Source: an uncultured Pseudomonadota bacterium
GTDB lineage: Bacteria; Pseudomonadota; Alphaproteobacteria; Rs-D84
DNA length: 62,632 nt
Assembly: GCA_949296475.1 (NCBI GenBank)
Contig: CASFOK010000018.1
Span: 1 to 62,632 of the forward strand
Direction of reading: 5' to 3'
The stretch's first letter is position 1. Every line of letters begins with the position of its first letter. Below the pieces are notes generated by a model. That model worked only from the letters and a program-made list of their open reading frames with translations. It did no database searches and had not been told where the DNA came from. This document shows positions 9,842 to 19,967 of the stretch, piece by piece. The translations under genes and the position numbers were made by a program.

Positions 9842-9933
9842 AAAACTGCTAAAACGCCGGCAAATTATAACCGGCATCCCGGCCTTTGTCAAGGCTTTTA
9901 TGCCGGTATAACTTGTCTTTATAATATGCTGTT

Positions 9934-10410
9934 TTATTTAGACGCAGCAACCGGTTCGGTAGCTTCTACTTCTTCAACGGTTTCAGTTTCTACAACCGCG
10001 TCCGCTGCGGGTTTGGCCTGTTCTACTTCAACTTGTTGAAATACGATTTCTTTACCGTCTGCATTCTTTAATGTCAGGCGACCGTCTTGTAAGTCATAAG
10101 AATCAACCGTCGTCAAGAATTGGAAGTATTCCTGCTCTGTCTGCATCGCAGACGCTGGACCCATCATCATAGTAGATGCCATCGGACCAAACGTTATCTT
10201 GGCACCGTCAACTGTATATGTGCCATTGTACAGATTTACAACGCGACCGTTAACCTTCATTTCGTTCGCGTCAAAAGACAAAACTATGTCTGTGCCGTCC
10301 GCCGCAGATACAAAGTTTGCGCCTTTTAATAATTCTGGATTTGGTGTGTTATCGCCACACGCCGCCAAAGCCAATACACCAGCTGCTAATACGAATGGTT
10401 TTAAATTCAT
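9934..10410 (-). CDS. META-domain (HslJ-like) lipoprotein
   Basis: LAAC lipobox; N.YNGTY..DG.KITFGPMASTMM..EQEY. Confidence 0.85.
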   Translation of the reverse strand: MNLKPFVLAAGVLALAACGDNTPNPELLKGANFVSAADGTDIVLSFDANEMKVNGRVVNLYNGTYTVDGAKITFGPMASTMMMGPASAMQTEQEYFQFLTTVDSYDLQDGRLTLKNADGKEIVFQQVEVEQAKPAADAVVETETVEEVEATEPVAASK

Positions 10411-10629
10411 GTTTTCCCCCTTTGTTATTCGTGTTTGCATGTTAAGTATATAACAATCATATAAAATATATCAACAGAATATTATTCTGAACACAAGAAT
10501 ATAATCACTGAATTACATACACGTTATTAGGACCCCTGAGGTGAAGATTTTTACAAAATCCTTGAATATCGCCGTAAATTAATATCCGGATAAAAAAACA
10601 CATCCTTATAGATGTGTGTGTATAAAAAC

Positions 10630-10707
10630 TGGCGGGATTGACGGGGCTCGAACCCGCGACCTTCTGCGTGACAGGCAGACGCTCTAAACCAGCTGAGCTA
10701 CAACCCC
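10630..10707 (-). tRNA. tRNA-Asp(GTC)
   Basis: Cloverleaf, CT-GTC-AC anticodon loop, CCA. Confidence 0.95.
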
Positions 10708-10772
10708 TTAAAGCAAGGCATATGTTATACTGTTATAAACTTAATTGCAAGTATTTTTTTGTTCGTTTTTAA

Positions 10773-10801
10773 AAAAAATCTGGCGGTTTGCCAGATTTTT
10801 T
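10773..10801. terminator. terminator downstream of gap
   Basis: AAAAAATCTGGC-GGTTT-GCCAGATTTTTT. Confidence 0.75.
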
Positions 10802-10802
10802 C

Positions 10803-11804
10803 TTATTTAATCAATTTGCCCATTGCGGTCGCCGTGTCACACATACGGTTTGAAAAACCCCATTCGTTATCGTACCATGCGGTTACATGAACAAGTTTTT
10901 CGCCTAATACCTTGGTCTGAGATGCGTCAAATATAGAACTGTGCGCATCGCCGGTAAAGTCAACGGATACCAGTGGTTTATCGTTATAGCCAAATATGTT
11001 TGATTCTGCGGCTTTCATAGCAGAATTCACAGAATTAACATCTGTTGTTTTTTCAAGATTTACAACCAATTCAACCACAGATACATCTGGCGTGGGGACG
11101 CGTATTGCCATTCCGTCCAGTTTTCCCGCAAGATTTGGCAATACCAATCCGATTGCTTTTGCTGCGCCGGTGCTGGTAGGTATCATTGATAATCCTGCTG
11201 CGCGCGCGCGGCGGAAGTCTTTATGATTTTTGTCTAGCAGTTGCTGGTCGCCAGTGTAGGCGTGAACCGTCGTCATCCAGCCAGATATTATACCGAATTG
11301 TTCATCAAGAACCTTTGCAACCGGCGCCAAACAGTTTGTGGTGCAAGAAGCGTTTGATACAATCAAGTCATCAGCCGTCAATGTATCTTGATTGACGCCG
11401 AAAACGATGGTTTTATCTGCGCCTGCAGATGGTGCAGATACCAAAACTCGTTTTGCACCGCTTTCCAAGTGAACTTTTGCCTTGTCCGCGGCGGTAAATA
11501 TACCGGTGCATTCCATTACTATGTCTATGTTTAATTCACCCCAAGGAAGTTTCGTCGGGTCTTTTTCCGCCAAACATTTAATCTTTTGTTTACCTATGAT
11601 GATATAATCGCCGTCCAGTTTTACGTCCATTGGTAATTTATCGTGTACAGAATCATATTGCAGTAAGTAAGCGTTTTGTTCTGTTGGTGCCAAATCGTTA
11701 ACAGCGACGAATTCAATGTCGTCACGTCCTGATTCCAGTGCGGCACGCAAGACCAAGCGGCCGATACGACCAAATCCGTTTATTGCTACTCTTGTTCTAG
11801 ACAT
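10803..11804 (-). CDS. gap: type I glyceraldehyde-3-phosphate dehydrogenase
   Basis: INGFGRIGR, SNASCTTNC, WYDNEWGFS. Confidence 0.97.
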   Translation of the reverse strand: MSRTRVAINGFGRIGRLVLRAALESGRDDIEFVAVNDLAPTEQNAYLLQYDSVHDKLPMDVKLDGDYIIIGKQKIKCLAEKDPTKLPWGELNIDIVMECTGIFTAADKAKVHLESGAKRVLVSAPSAGADKTIVFGVNQDTLTADDLIVSNASCTTNCLAPVAKVLDEQFGIISGWMTTVHAYTGDQQLLDKNHKDFRRARAAGLSMIPTSTGAAKAIGLVLPNLAGKLDGMAIRVPTPDVSVVELVVNLEKTTDVNSVNSAMKAAESNIFGYNDKPLVSVDFTGDAHSSIFDASQTKVLGEKLVHVTAWYDNEWGFSNRMCDTATAMGKLIK

Positions 11805-11932
11805 TATGACTTTCCTTTCTTTTTATTTAATTGTGTTTATTATTTTATCATTATATTTCAAAATAATACAGTTTTTTATAACTTTTTACCATACTTGAAT
11901 TGCGGTATTTTTAGTCTATAATGTTTACCGAT

Positions 11933-12796
11933 ATGGATAAAAGTTCTTATATAATTACGGGACCAACTGCATCGGGTAAATCTGATTTTGCTCATTCTTT
12001 GGCGCGCAAGGTAAACGGTGTAATTATAAACTGTGACAGCGTGCAAATCTATCGCGGTATTGAAAACATTTCGGCCAGTCCGTTTGCAGGCGGGCCTATT
12101 ACAAGCGATATAGAAGGCGTTCCGTATAGGTTATTTTCTATATTGCCTTTGGACGAACAAATCAGCGTCGCGGATTATTTGAATATGGCGTGCATAGAGT
12201 ACGAAAGGGCGATTAAATCTGGGCACGTACCGATTTTTGTTGGCGGAACGGGGTATTATATAAACGCCATTATAAATGGTATTGCGCCGGTTCCAGATGT
12301 GTCTGGGGACGCTCGTAAGCGTGCGCGAAGTTTGGTCGCGTCAGATATGCAACAAGCGCGTGGTATGTTACCGCCTGAATTTAAGCACACTGACCCGCAA
12401 CGCGTTGCACGTGCCTTAGAAGTATTCTTTGAAACTGGGCGACATATTACATACTGGCAGCAGCAACAGCGACAAGGCGCCATTACGCCGACGCCGTATA
12501 AAATATTGATAAATCCTGCGGCCGAAGAATTGCGGACGCGTATCGCCGCCAGAATACCAAATATGCTTGCCGGTGGTGCGGTTGATGAAGCGCGCGCAAT
12601 AATTCAAAATAACTGGAATGAAAACAGGGCGATTGGCGCAACGCAATTGTGCGCTTACTTACGCGGTCAGATTTCAAAAGAGCAGTGCATCCAAGAATGG
12701 ATAAATAAAACAAATCAATATGCAAAACGGCAGAGAACGTGGTTCAGAACGCAATTCTCTGCCGATGAAGTTATAAATGATGCATATAAAAAATAA
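11933..12796 (+). CDS. miaA: tRNA dimethylallyltransferase
   Basis: GPTASGKS, DSVQIYRG, VGGTGYY, YAKRQRTWF; ORF-track ATG 11921 overlaps a TATAAT box so 11933 is preferred. Confidence 0.93.
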   Translation: MDKSSYIITGPTASGKSDFAHSLARKVNGVIINCDSVQIYRGIENISASPFAGGPITSDIEGVPYRLFSILPLDEQISVADYLNMACIEYERAIKSGHVPIFVGGTGYYINAIINGIAPVPDVSGDARKRARSLVASDMQQARGMLPPEFKHTDPQRVARALEVFFETGRHITYWQQQQRQGAITPTPYKILINPAAEELRTRIAARIPNMLAGGAVDEARAIIQNNWNENRAIGATQLCAYLRGQISKEQCIQEWINKTNQYAKRQRTWFRTQFSADEVINDAYKK

Positions 12797-12798
12797 AG

Positions 12799-13320
12799 TT
12801 ATTTAATTCTTCTTTTTTGATTTGCTATCATTCTTTCAATTTCTTTTTTCTGTTTTTGGTACAGACTGAGTTTTTCTTCTGCTTTTATTAAATTATTTGT
12901 TTGCACGCGTTGTTGCTGCATTTTCAACATTTTTTCGTCCCGACGTTTAATCAGGTTTTGAATATATGCTGATTGATCATACAGTTGCTTGAACAAAGCA
13001 CGTTGTGCCATATTTGGCGTAATGTCGTTAGAGGCTTTGATTGTATAGAAAGAAAGGTATTTGGAAATTTTTCTCATCAAAACGCGCAAAAATTCTGGGT
13101 CTTTATATGCTGTATTATTAGAGTCCAATACCCCGACAAACAACTTGGTTTTAATTATCAATAAATTTTCCAATTTTTTGCTATAAGGGAATTGTGTACG
13201 CCATATGTTTTTAATTGATTCCGGCGTAGAATAAGAAGGGGCATATGTTTCTGCTACGATTTTTGTGATAAATTGTTCATATTCTGCAAGCGTTTTTTGC
13301 ATTGTCGGATGTTTTGACAT
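12799..13320 (-). CDS. hypothetical basic coiled-coil protein
   Basis: 173-aa ORF with AAAGG RBS-like sequence. Confidence 0.6.
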   Translation of the reverse strand: MSKHPTMQKTLAEYEQFITKIVAETYAPSYSTPESIKNIWRTQFPYSKKLENLLIIKTKLFVGVLDSNNTAYKDPEFLRVLMRKISKYLSFYTIKASNDITPNMAQRALFKQLYDQSAYIQNLIKRRDEKMLKMQQQRVQTNNLIKAEEKLSLYQKQKKEIERMIANQKRRIK

Positions 13321-13422
13321 AATTCAACCTTTTGTATGTTAGTTAATTGTAAGAACAAGGAATATATTAATATACCAAACTATACTTTGTCAACAGCTAA
13401 TATGATCTTATCTGCAAAAAAG

Positions 13423-14139
13423 TTATTTTTTTATTAAATTATAAGATGTTTTTAATGATTCCAACATGCCAGATTTTTTCATTTTTTGGGAAAATCTTAC
13501 CGCATTATTAAACTCTGTTTCCAGATTTCCCCATCCTGAATATTCCCAATCAATAATACCCGTGATTTTCATAGTTTTTTTATCAACAAGTATATTGTTA
13601 CAAATATCGTTATGGTTCCAGCCGTCGCCCGGGCGTTCGTTTTGTAAGTCTGCAATTTCTTTTGGGCGGCTGTTATGTACGGCATATATAAATTCCGCCA
13701 GTTGTTTCGCCCATGTTTTTTTGTGTCTTAAAATAGTACGTAGTGAATAAGAAGTTAAATTTTTCCCGGGTATAAAATCGTATTTATAAAATGTATATTT
13801 ACCTGCCTTTATTATTTCTATGTGCGGTATGCGCAGCGGAGATATCTCTGCAAACGCATCTGTTATTCGTTTTTCATGCATTATTTTTGTGGCAGGAGTG
13901 TCTGATTTAAAAGCTTTCCTGATTTTAAATACGTATTTTTTATCTACGATAAAGCCTATGTTCCAACCGCCCTTTATCATTTTTGTGTGGTAAAAGTTTA
14001 GTTCTGGGTATTTCTTTTTTAATGCGCGGTATTTATTTTTCCAATCGTATAATTGTTCAGTGTGCATTTTCTTGCGAATGCGTGGGATTGGAATTAACCA
14101 GCATAAGAAATAACATACTTCAAAAAACGGTTTCCACAT
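13423..14139 (-). CDS. APH/choline-kinase-like phosphotransferase
   Basis: HNDICNNIL and GIIDWE motifs. Confidence 0.8.
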   Translation of the reverse strand: MWKPFFEVCYFLCWLIPIPRIRKKMHTEQLYDWKNKYRALKKKYPELNFYHTKMIKGGWNIGFIVDKKYVFKIRKAFKSDTPATKIMHEKRITDAFAEISPLRIPHIEIIKAGKYTFYKYDFIPGKNLTSYSLRTILRHKKTWAKQLAEFIYAVHNSRPKEIADLQNERPGDGWNHNDICNNILVDKKTMKITGIIDWEYSGWGNLETEFNNAVRFSQKMKKSGMLESLKTSYNLIKK

Positions 14140-14209
14140 ATGTACGCCTTTTATCAGGTGGTATCAGAATGGTATTGAAAAAAATAAAAAAAACAAGTAT
14201 TTTGTAAGT

Positions 14210-16423
14210 ATGTTCAAGACCGGTGATATAGTAAAAGTTTTAATTCCAAATGTTGTTAATACAGGATATGACTATCGTTTGACTGGCGATGCCAACCTTG
14301 GTTCGTTCGTCAGGGTTAATGTAATGAACCGGGCTTACATAGGCGTTGTATACGGTTTTGGTGACAGCGGGTTGCCTGAATCAAAAATAAAAAATGTATC
14401 CGCGATTTTTGAGCATGGGTTAAGCATTAAGGGCTTGCAGTGGATTCAGAAAATGTCCGATTGGACTTTGATGACGCCCGGCGCGGTATTAAGGTTGATA
14501 ATAAATGTACCAGACGCTTTTTTGCCCCCAAAAATAGAGCAATTATATAGTTTGCAAATTACTGATACAGATAATGTTCGTATGACAGATGCCCGGCAGT
14601 CTGTTGCTGATGCTTTTTCGTCTAATGATAATGCACCGATGTCCGCATCAGATATCAAAAATATAACGCACGTTAGTTCCGCAGTTATTAATGCCATGAT
14701 ACGTAACGAAATGTTAAAACCCGTTCAGGTTCGCCCAAAAGAAACGAACGAATTTATTTATACGTATCATGACACAGGCACTGTTACGCTTAACAAAGAA
14801 CAAGAAAATGCGGCGTCTATTATTTCTGATGCGATTAACGCAGGTGGTTTTTCTGTCTTTTTATTAGACGGCATAACAGGCAGCGGAAAAACGCAGGTTT
14901 ATTTTGATTCAGCTTGGCGTGCGTATCAAAAGGGGCTGTCTGTATTATTGATGATGCCGGAAATTGCGTTGACAGCGCAGTTTATGTCTAGATATGAAAA
15001 GAGATTTGGTGCCCCACCAGTTGTTTGGCACAGTAATTTAACAGCATCGCGCAGGCGTGCGATATGGCGCGGTGTTTTGCGCGGTGATATAAAGATGGTT
15101 GTTGGTACGCGCAGCGCATTATTTTTACCTTGGCAAAATCTTGGGCTGATAGTTGTTGATGAAGAGCATGACGGGTCCTATAAACAAGAAGATATGGGGA
15201 ATTATCATGCGCGTGATATGGCAATATTGCGCGCGAAAATTTCCGGATTCCCGGTTGTCTTGGCCAGTGCCACCCCTTCGGCAGAAACTTTGCAAAACGT
15301 TGCAATGGGTAAATATAAATTATTAAGATTGACCGCAAGATTTGGTGGGGCGTCTTTGCCGGAAATAACAACAATTGATATGCGGCAGCAGCGACCAGAA
15401 GGTTATACATTGTCGGGTAAAGATACAGACGAGCCAGTTCAGTCAGGTTATTTGTCGCCATTGTTGTGCGAGGCTGTTCGTGATACTTTGAACAGCGGAC
15501 AGCAAGTAATGTTATTCATAAATCGTCGCGGTTTTGCGCCAATTGTTCAGTGTAAAAAATGCGGTTGGGTTGCTATGTGTCCAGATTGCAGCGTTGGGAT
15601 GACGTACCATAAAAGATTGGGTAAATTATTGTGTCATATGTGCGGACGAACGGAAAACATGCCCGATAAGTGCCCGTGTTGCGAAGGCGAAGTTTCTATG
15701 CGTGGTGGCGGTGTGGAAAAAATTCAAGAAGAAGTTTCTGTAAAGTTTCCGTCGGCTAGAACGGCTTTGGTATCTAGCGATACAATTATGTCCAGACAAG
15801 CGTTGGAAAGGTTGGTAAATAAAATGGAGCAGGGGCAGATAGATATTGTAATAGGTACACAAATTTTGGCCAAAGGGCACCATTTTCCAAATTTGACTTT
15901 GGTTGGTGTGATAGATGCGGATATGGGGTTATTTGGTACGGACTTTCGCGCATCTGAACATACTTTTCAACAACTGTTTCAAGTTGCCGGTCGCGCGGGA
16001 AGGGGAAGTATTCCAGGACGTGTTTTGTTGCAGACTTATCAGCCAGATCATCCAGTCTTGCAGGCGATTTGTGCTGGTGACAGGGATACGTTTATGCAGG
16101 CTGATATGTCTGCCAGACGCGCAGCCAAGATGCCGCCATATGGTAATTTGATTGCCGTCGTCATAGAAGCACAAAAAGAAAGCGTTTTGCAGAAATTTTG
16201 TTCTGACTTGTCGTCCGCGATACCCGTTGTAAAGGGTGCTAAAATTATGGGTCCGATTGCGGCGCAAATATATCAAATCAGGAATTGGTACAGAATGCGT
16301 TTCTTGGTTTCTGGCGACGTTCGTTCTAATTTACAAGAATTGGTAAAACATTGGTTGGGTAAGGTCAAAGTGCCTGTCAACGTTCGCGTTAAAATTGATG
16401 TAGGACCACAGAGTTTTACATAG
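14210..16423 (+). CDS. priA: primosomal protein N'
   Basis: GITGSGKT, DEEHD, CxxC zinc motifs, QVAGRAGR. Confidence 0.97.
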   Translation: MFKTGDIVKVLIPNVVNTGYDYRLTGDANLGSFVRVNVMNRAYIGVVYGFGDSGLPESKIKNVSAIFEHGLSIKGLQWIQKMSDWTLMTPGAVLRLIINVPDAFLPPKIEQLYSLQITDTDNVRMTDARQSVADAFSSNDNAPMSASDIKNITHVSSAVINAMIRNEMLKPVQVRPKETNEFIYTYHDTGTVTLNKEQENAASIISDAINAGGFSVFLLDGITGSGKTQVYFDSAWRAYQKGLSVLLMMPEIALTAQFMSRYEKRFGAPPVVWHSNLTASRRRAIWRGVLRGDIKMVVGTRSALFLPWQNLGLIVVDEEHDGSYKQEDMGNYHARDMAILRAKISGFPVVLASATPSAETLQNVAMGKYKLLRLTARFGGASLPEITTIDMRQQRPEGYTLSGKDTDEPVQSGYLSPLLCEAVRDTLNSGQQVMLFINRRGFAPIVQCKKCGWVAMCPDCSVGMTYHKRLGKLLCHMCGRTENMPDKCPCCEGEVSMRGGGVEKIQEEVSVKFPSARTALVSSDTIMSRQALERLVNKMEQGQIDIVIGTQILAKGHHFPNLTLVGVIDADMGLFGTDFRASEHTFQQLFQVAGRAGRGSIPGRVLLQTYQPDHPVLQAICAGDRDTFMQADMSARRAAKMPPYGNLIAVVIEAQKESVLQKFCSDLSSAIPVVKGAKIMGPIAAQIYQIRNWYRMRFLVSGDVRSNLQELVKHWLGKVKVPVNVRVKIDVGPQSFT

Positions 16424-16485
16424 TTCCTATTGTACAGTTTTAACAAATAAGATATAATACAAATTATAAATCAAAGGAGTAATAT

Positions 16486-16806
16486 ATGTGGAATATGTTT
16501 TTTACTTTTTCTGTAATATTTGCGTTGGCTGTGTTGGCTGTATTTTTACTTTGCATCCCGATTATTATTGCGAACGCGCGTTGTATTTATGGGGGTGAAA
16601 AGACGACCATCGTAGTTCTGTCTTTATTAGGCGTATTTTTTGGCATAACCTGGTTTATTGCGTTAATTTTATCTTTGGTATGGCGCGGTGATTGCATAAC
16701 TGGTGGTAATGGTTTAGAGCAATTGGAAAGAATATCGCGCTTGTATAAAGACAAGGTCATATCCAAAGAAGAATATGAAAAAATGAAAGCAAAGATATTA
16801 AAATAA
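16486..16806 (+). CDS. superinfection-immunity (Imm-like) membrane protein with C-terminal SHOCT domain
   Basis: IP.IIA..R...IVVLSLLG...I.W.IAL pattern; LEQLERISRLYKDKVISKEEYEKMKAKIL. Confidence 0.6.
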   Translation: MWNMFFTFSVIFALAVLAVFLLCIPIIIANARCIYGGEKTTIVVLSLLGVFFGITWFIALILSLVWRGDCITGGNGLEQLERISRLYKDKVISKEEYEKMKAKILK

Positions 16807-16833
16807 AAAAAATCCCGATATTTTGGGATTTTT

Positions 16834-17040
16834 TTATTTTGTTTTAAAGCGTTTTTTAATTGCTTGGATGATTTTTTTTGCTTGATCCGTTACTAAAAAG
16901 TAATAGTCTATGGCATAAGTTTTTTCAAACAGTTCTTGTTCTTTTTTGGCGGCTATGCGCAATGTTTGTTCAGAGTGTCGTTGTAAATATTCTCTGGATG
17001 CTTCGTCCAGAACAGTTTGTTTTTTATCTTTATCAGTCAT
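16834..17040 (-). CDS. hypothetical protein
   Basis: 68-aa ORF downstream of virB11, ends at a bidirectional terminator (16806-16834). Confidence 0.5.
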   Translation of the reverse strand: MTDKDKKQTVLDEASREYLQRHSEQTLRIAAKKEQELFEKTYAIDYYFLVTDQAKKIIQAIKKRFKTK

Positions 17041-17079
17041 TGTATAATCTTTTTGATTGTATATGCGATTCGTTTTAGA

Positions 17080-18039
17080 TTATACAACTTCTGTAACCGC
17101 GCGCAAGCCCCCATCGCGTGACAACTGTACAACGCGTATTTTCTTTTTCATTTCTGCAATCAGGTCTGTTCTGTCATAGGCTGGTTGCGTATGTAGTATT
17201 CGGTCCGCAAAAGCCGCATAGGCAGCTTCGGCGCTTTCGGCGTGTATTGTAGTATAAAAATGGTCGTGCCCTGTACCCAACATTTCCCATAAGACAGAAG
17301 CGTTATCAGTTGATATTTCACCGCCGATTATTACATCAGGCGTCATACGAACGACCAGGTCTAATAATCTTGCATAATTAAATTCATTATTTTGTTCGGT
17401 TCGGGACAATATGAAATGTACGCGGTTTTTTTGCGGAACCTTGATTTCGCGTGCGTCTTCTACGGTTATTACACGGCTGTTTTGGTCAATCAAGGTCAAC
17501 ATGTGGTTTAGAAAAGTCGTCTTACCAGTTGCGGTTGCACCGCTTATCAAAATGGGGCTGCCATCATTTATGGCGTGCATTAACCTGTCATAGGGGTCGT
17601 CTGGTCGTACTGATTCGCGCGGTTTTACTTTTAATAACTTTTCACCGCGTTTCAGGTGATAGTTTTCAAAAGATGTATCAGGTACGCTTGTCCCGCGTAT
17701 GTTCAAGGCAACGCCGCCTGTTATGTCATTTTCATCGTATTGAACGTTTGGTCCCGCAATGGCGGTAAATCTGTGATTGCCGGGCAATGTCGCGTACACC
17801 ACAGGCATGCCGTGTATCGGATCAAAGGGTCTTTCGTAAATGTTTGCAATCGTATGAATCAAGTCAATAAGATATTGCTTTGTTAATATTTCAGATTCAT
17901 ACGCAACCCAAGGTACGTGCGCATCGTGCAGGCGCATCCAAACCTCGCCCGCGTGGTTTATTGCGATTTCTTCCACGAAAGATGGCTTATAAAATTCTTC
18001 CAGCGGTTTTAATAAAGATTCCAATACTACATTCGTCAT
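17080..18039 (-). CDS. virB11: VirB11/CpaF-family secretion ATPase
   Basis: EIAIN, SGATATGKTT, TVEDAREI, RMTPD.IIGGEI, TGH..TTIHA. Confidence 0.85.
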   Translation of the reverse strand: MTNVVLESLLKPLEEFYKPSFVEEIAINHAGEVWMRLHDAHVPWVAYESEILTKQYLIDLIHTIANIYERPFDPIHGMPVVYATLPGNHRFTAIAGPNVQYDENDITGGVALNIRGTSVPDTSFENYHLKRGEKLLKVKPRESVRPDDPYDRLMHAINDGSPILISGATATGKTTFLNHMLTLIDQNSRVITVEDAREIKVPQKNRVHFILSRTEQNNEFNYARLLDLVVRMTPDVIIGGEISTDNASVLWEMLGTGHDHFYTTIHAESAEAAYAAFADRILHTQPAYDRTDLIAEMKKKIRVVQLSRDGGLRAVTEVV

Positions 18040-18115
18040 ATAATTAATTTTATCATAAATCCTGACTTGAATCAAAACTGTTTATTTGATAAAATTAAAA
18101 AAAAGAGAGATGAAT

Positions 18116-18679
18116 ATGAAAAAAACATTACTTTTAATGATGTCCGCCGTTCTTGCGTTGGGGGCATGCGCCACCGATAAAGACGCGCCGTATAATGAAA
18201 CGGATTTTGCCCAGGGGGGTGCAGATGCACCGCTGTATAATGAAAGAACCAGCGAATTTATGCAGTCGGATAATCAGTATGCAAATATTGATTCTTATAA
18301 GCCAAAGACCGCTGCGGAAAAAGAACAAACGAACAATCGTTGGAATACTTCACGTATGGAAACGCGCTGGGAAGAATATAAGGGCACAATGGTTCGCGTT
18401 CAGATATTATTGGGTAATACCGATTTGCGTGAAATGCGGTTGCGTTTAATGCAGAATGCGGATGGTATGGACATTGATGGTGATACGCGTACGATTTTGG
18501 CCAAGGTCGCAGATTATGAAATGAAACGCGTATGCGGGCGAAACGCCGACAGCATTGTGATGGTATATGACAGACCGTCGTTTGATGTTATGCGCCCAAC
18601 GCCTTATTTTGATTATCGTATAGAGGCCGAAGGGGCGACAATGCGCGAATACGGTTTCAGATGTGTTTACAACAATTAA
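18116..18679 (+). CDS. lipoprotein of unknown function
   Basis: LALGAC lipobox. Confidence 0.7.
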   Translation: MKKTLLLMMSAVLALGACATDKDAPYNETDFAQGGADAPLYNERTSEFMQSDNQYANIDSYKPKTAAEKEQTNNRWNTSRMETRWEEYKGTMVRVQILLGNTDLREMRLRLMQNADGMDIDGDTRTILAKVADYEMKRVCGRNADSIVMVYDRPSFDVMRPTPYFDYRIEAEGATMREYGFRCVYNN

Positions 18680-18703
18680 CAACTAAACTAAATGGGGGAA
18701 AAA

Positions 18704-19033
18704 ATGAAAAAAATAGCGTCTGCGTTTGCAGTTTGTGGTGCTTTGGTTTTGGGCGGTTGCGACAGTAATGCTGGGGCTCAGAACGGTGACACAGTTGTAA
18801 TTGATTTTGCTGGCTTTATGGACGGCGTTCAATTTGAAGGTGGTACGGCAACCAACTTCCCGTTAAAATTGGGCAGTGGTCAGTTCGTCCCCGGGTTTGA
18901 GGAACAATTAATTGGCGCGGAAAAAGGCGAAACGCGCGATGTAAATATTACGTTCCCAGAAAATTATTCTCCGGAATTGGCTGGTAAAGCGGTTGTGTTT
19001 AAGGTAACCGTTCAGGACATTGTGAAAGAGTAA
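18704..19033 (+). CDS. lipoprotein FKBP-type PPIase (trigger-factor-like domain only)
   Basis: LGGC lipobox; [38 protein letters not shown]. Confidence 0.85.
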   Translation: MKKIASAFAVCGALVLGGCDSNAGAQNGDTVVIDFAGFMDGVQFEGGTATNFPLKLGSGQFVPGFEEQLIGAEKGETRDVNITFPENYSPELAGKAVVFKVTVQDIVKE

Positions 19034-19058
19034 AAAAAACCGGTTTATACCGGTTTTT

Positions 19059-19883
19059 TTATTCATCAATTGCAAGGATGAAAATTCCCAATTTATTTGC
19101 TTGTTTTATAACAGCATCTTTGTTCACAACAAAGCAAGTTTTTGTATTTATGACAATGCCTTTTAGTTTTGCCGCAGCAACGGCGTTGACTGTATCAACG
19201 CCGATTGCAGGTATGTCAATTCTTAAATCTTGACCCGGTTTAGTCATTTTTGCAAATACACCAGAATTCTTTTTATGTGCTTTGCGCATTTGTACGACGC
19301 GTTCCAGCATTTTTGCGGTTCCTTCGGCGGCTTCTACTGCGATAACCTGTTTGTCCACCACAACAGATGCGCCGATATCTTCTGCGCCAATCGTATGAGA
19401 AACTTCTATGGCACGATTTATATCTTTCATATCGCGCGATGAAGGTTTGGTTTTGGTTTGTACGCCCGGTTTTTCAAACGTTAATTCTGGTGCCAGGTCT
19501 TGTGCAGCAACCACTTGAAAACCACGACTTTCAATTACTTTATTCAGTGCGTTCGCCATAGAGTCATACCCCCGTTGATGTTTCATTATACTAAACAGTG
19601 CAAACAAGGACCATAAATCTGGTCTGATGTCGGATAAATTCGGGTGGCCCAGTGCCCCCACAAACGTTATTTTTCTTATATTTCTTCTTTTTAATTCGCG
19701 CGCCGCGCGACCGCCGCCGCCCAATCTGATTACTAAATCCGGGTTCAGTTTTTTATCATAAAAATTTTTAAGACCGATGACGTACACTTCCCAGCCGTTT
19801 TTACGCAATGCGTCACGCGTAAAAAAGGGCAGGTCCAACGCCCCGGCAATTAACGCAATTTTTTTGTCTTTGTTGTTCTTCAT
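19059..19883 (-). CDS. lpxI: UDP-2,3-diacylglucosamine diphosphatase LpxI
   Basis: IAG..DLP, VEAAEGT, K..KPGQDLRIDIPAIG.DT. Confidence 0.9.
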   Translation of the reverse strand: MKNNKDKKIALIAGALDLPFFTRDALRKNGWEVYVIGLKNFYDKKLNPDLVIRLGGGGRAARELKRRNIRKITFVGALGHPNLSDIRPDLWSLFALFSIMKHQRGYDSMANALNKVIESRGFQVVAAQDLAPELTFEKPGVQTKTKPSSRDMKDINRAIEVSHTIGAEDIGASVVVDKQVIAVEAAEGTAKMLERVVQMRKAHKKNSGVFAKMTKPGQDLRIDIPAIGVDTVNAVAAAKLKGIVINTKTCFVVNKDAVIKQANKLGIFILAIDE

Positions 19884-19967
19884 ATTTCATATGGTACGAA
19901 TAAATCAAACTGGAATCAAGTTTCATTTTATGATAAAATTATATTAAAATAATTATAGTCAGGTGAA

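Noticed and set aside
9644-10039. 131-aa ORF
   Set aside because: Antisense to tRNA-Glu and the META gene; spurious.
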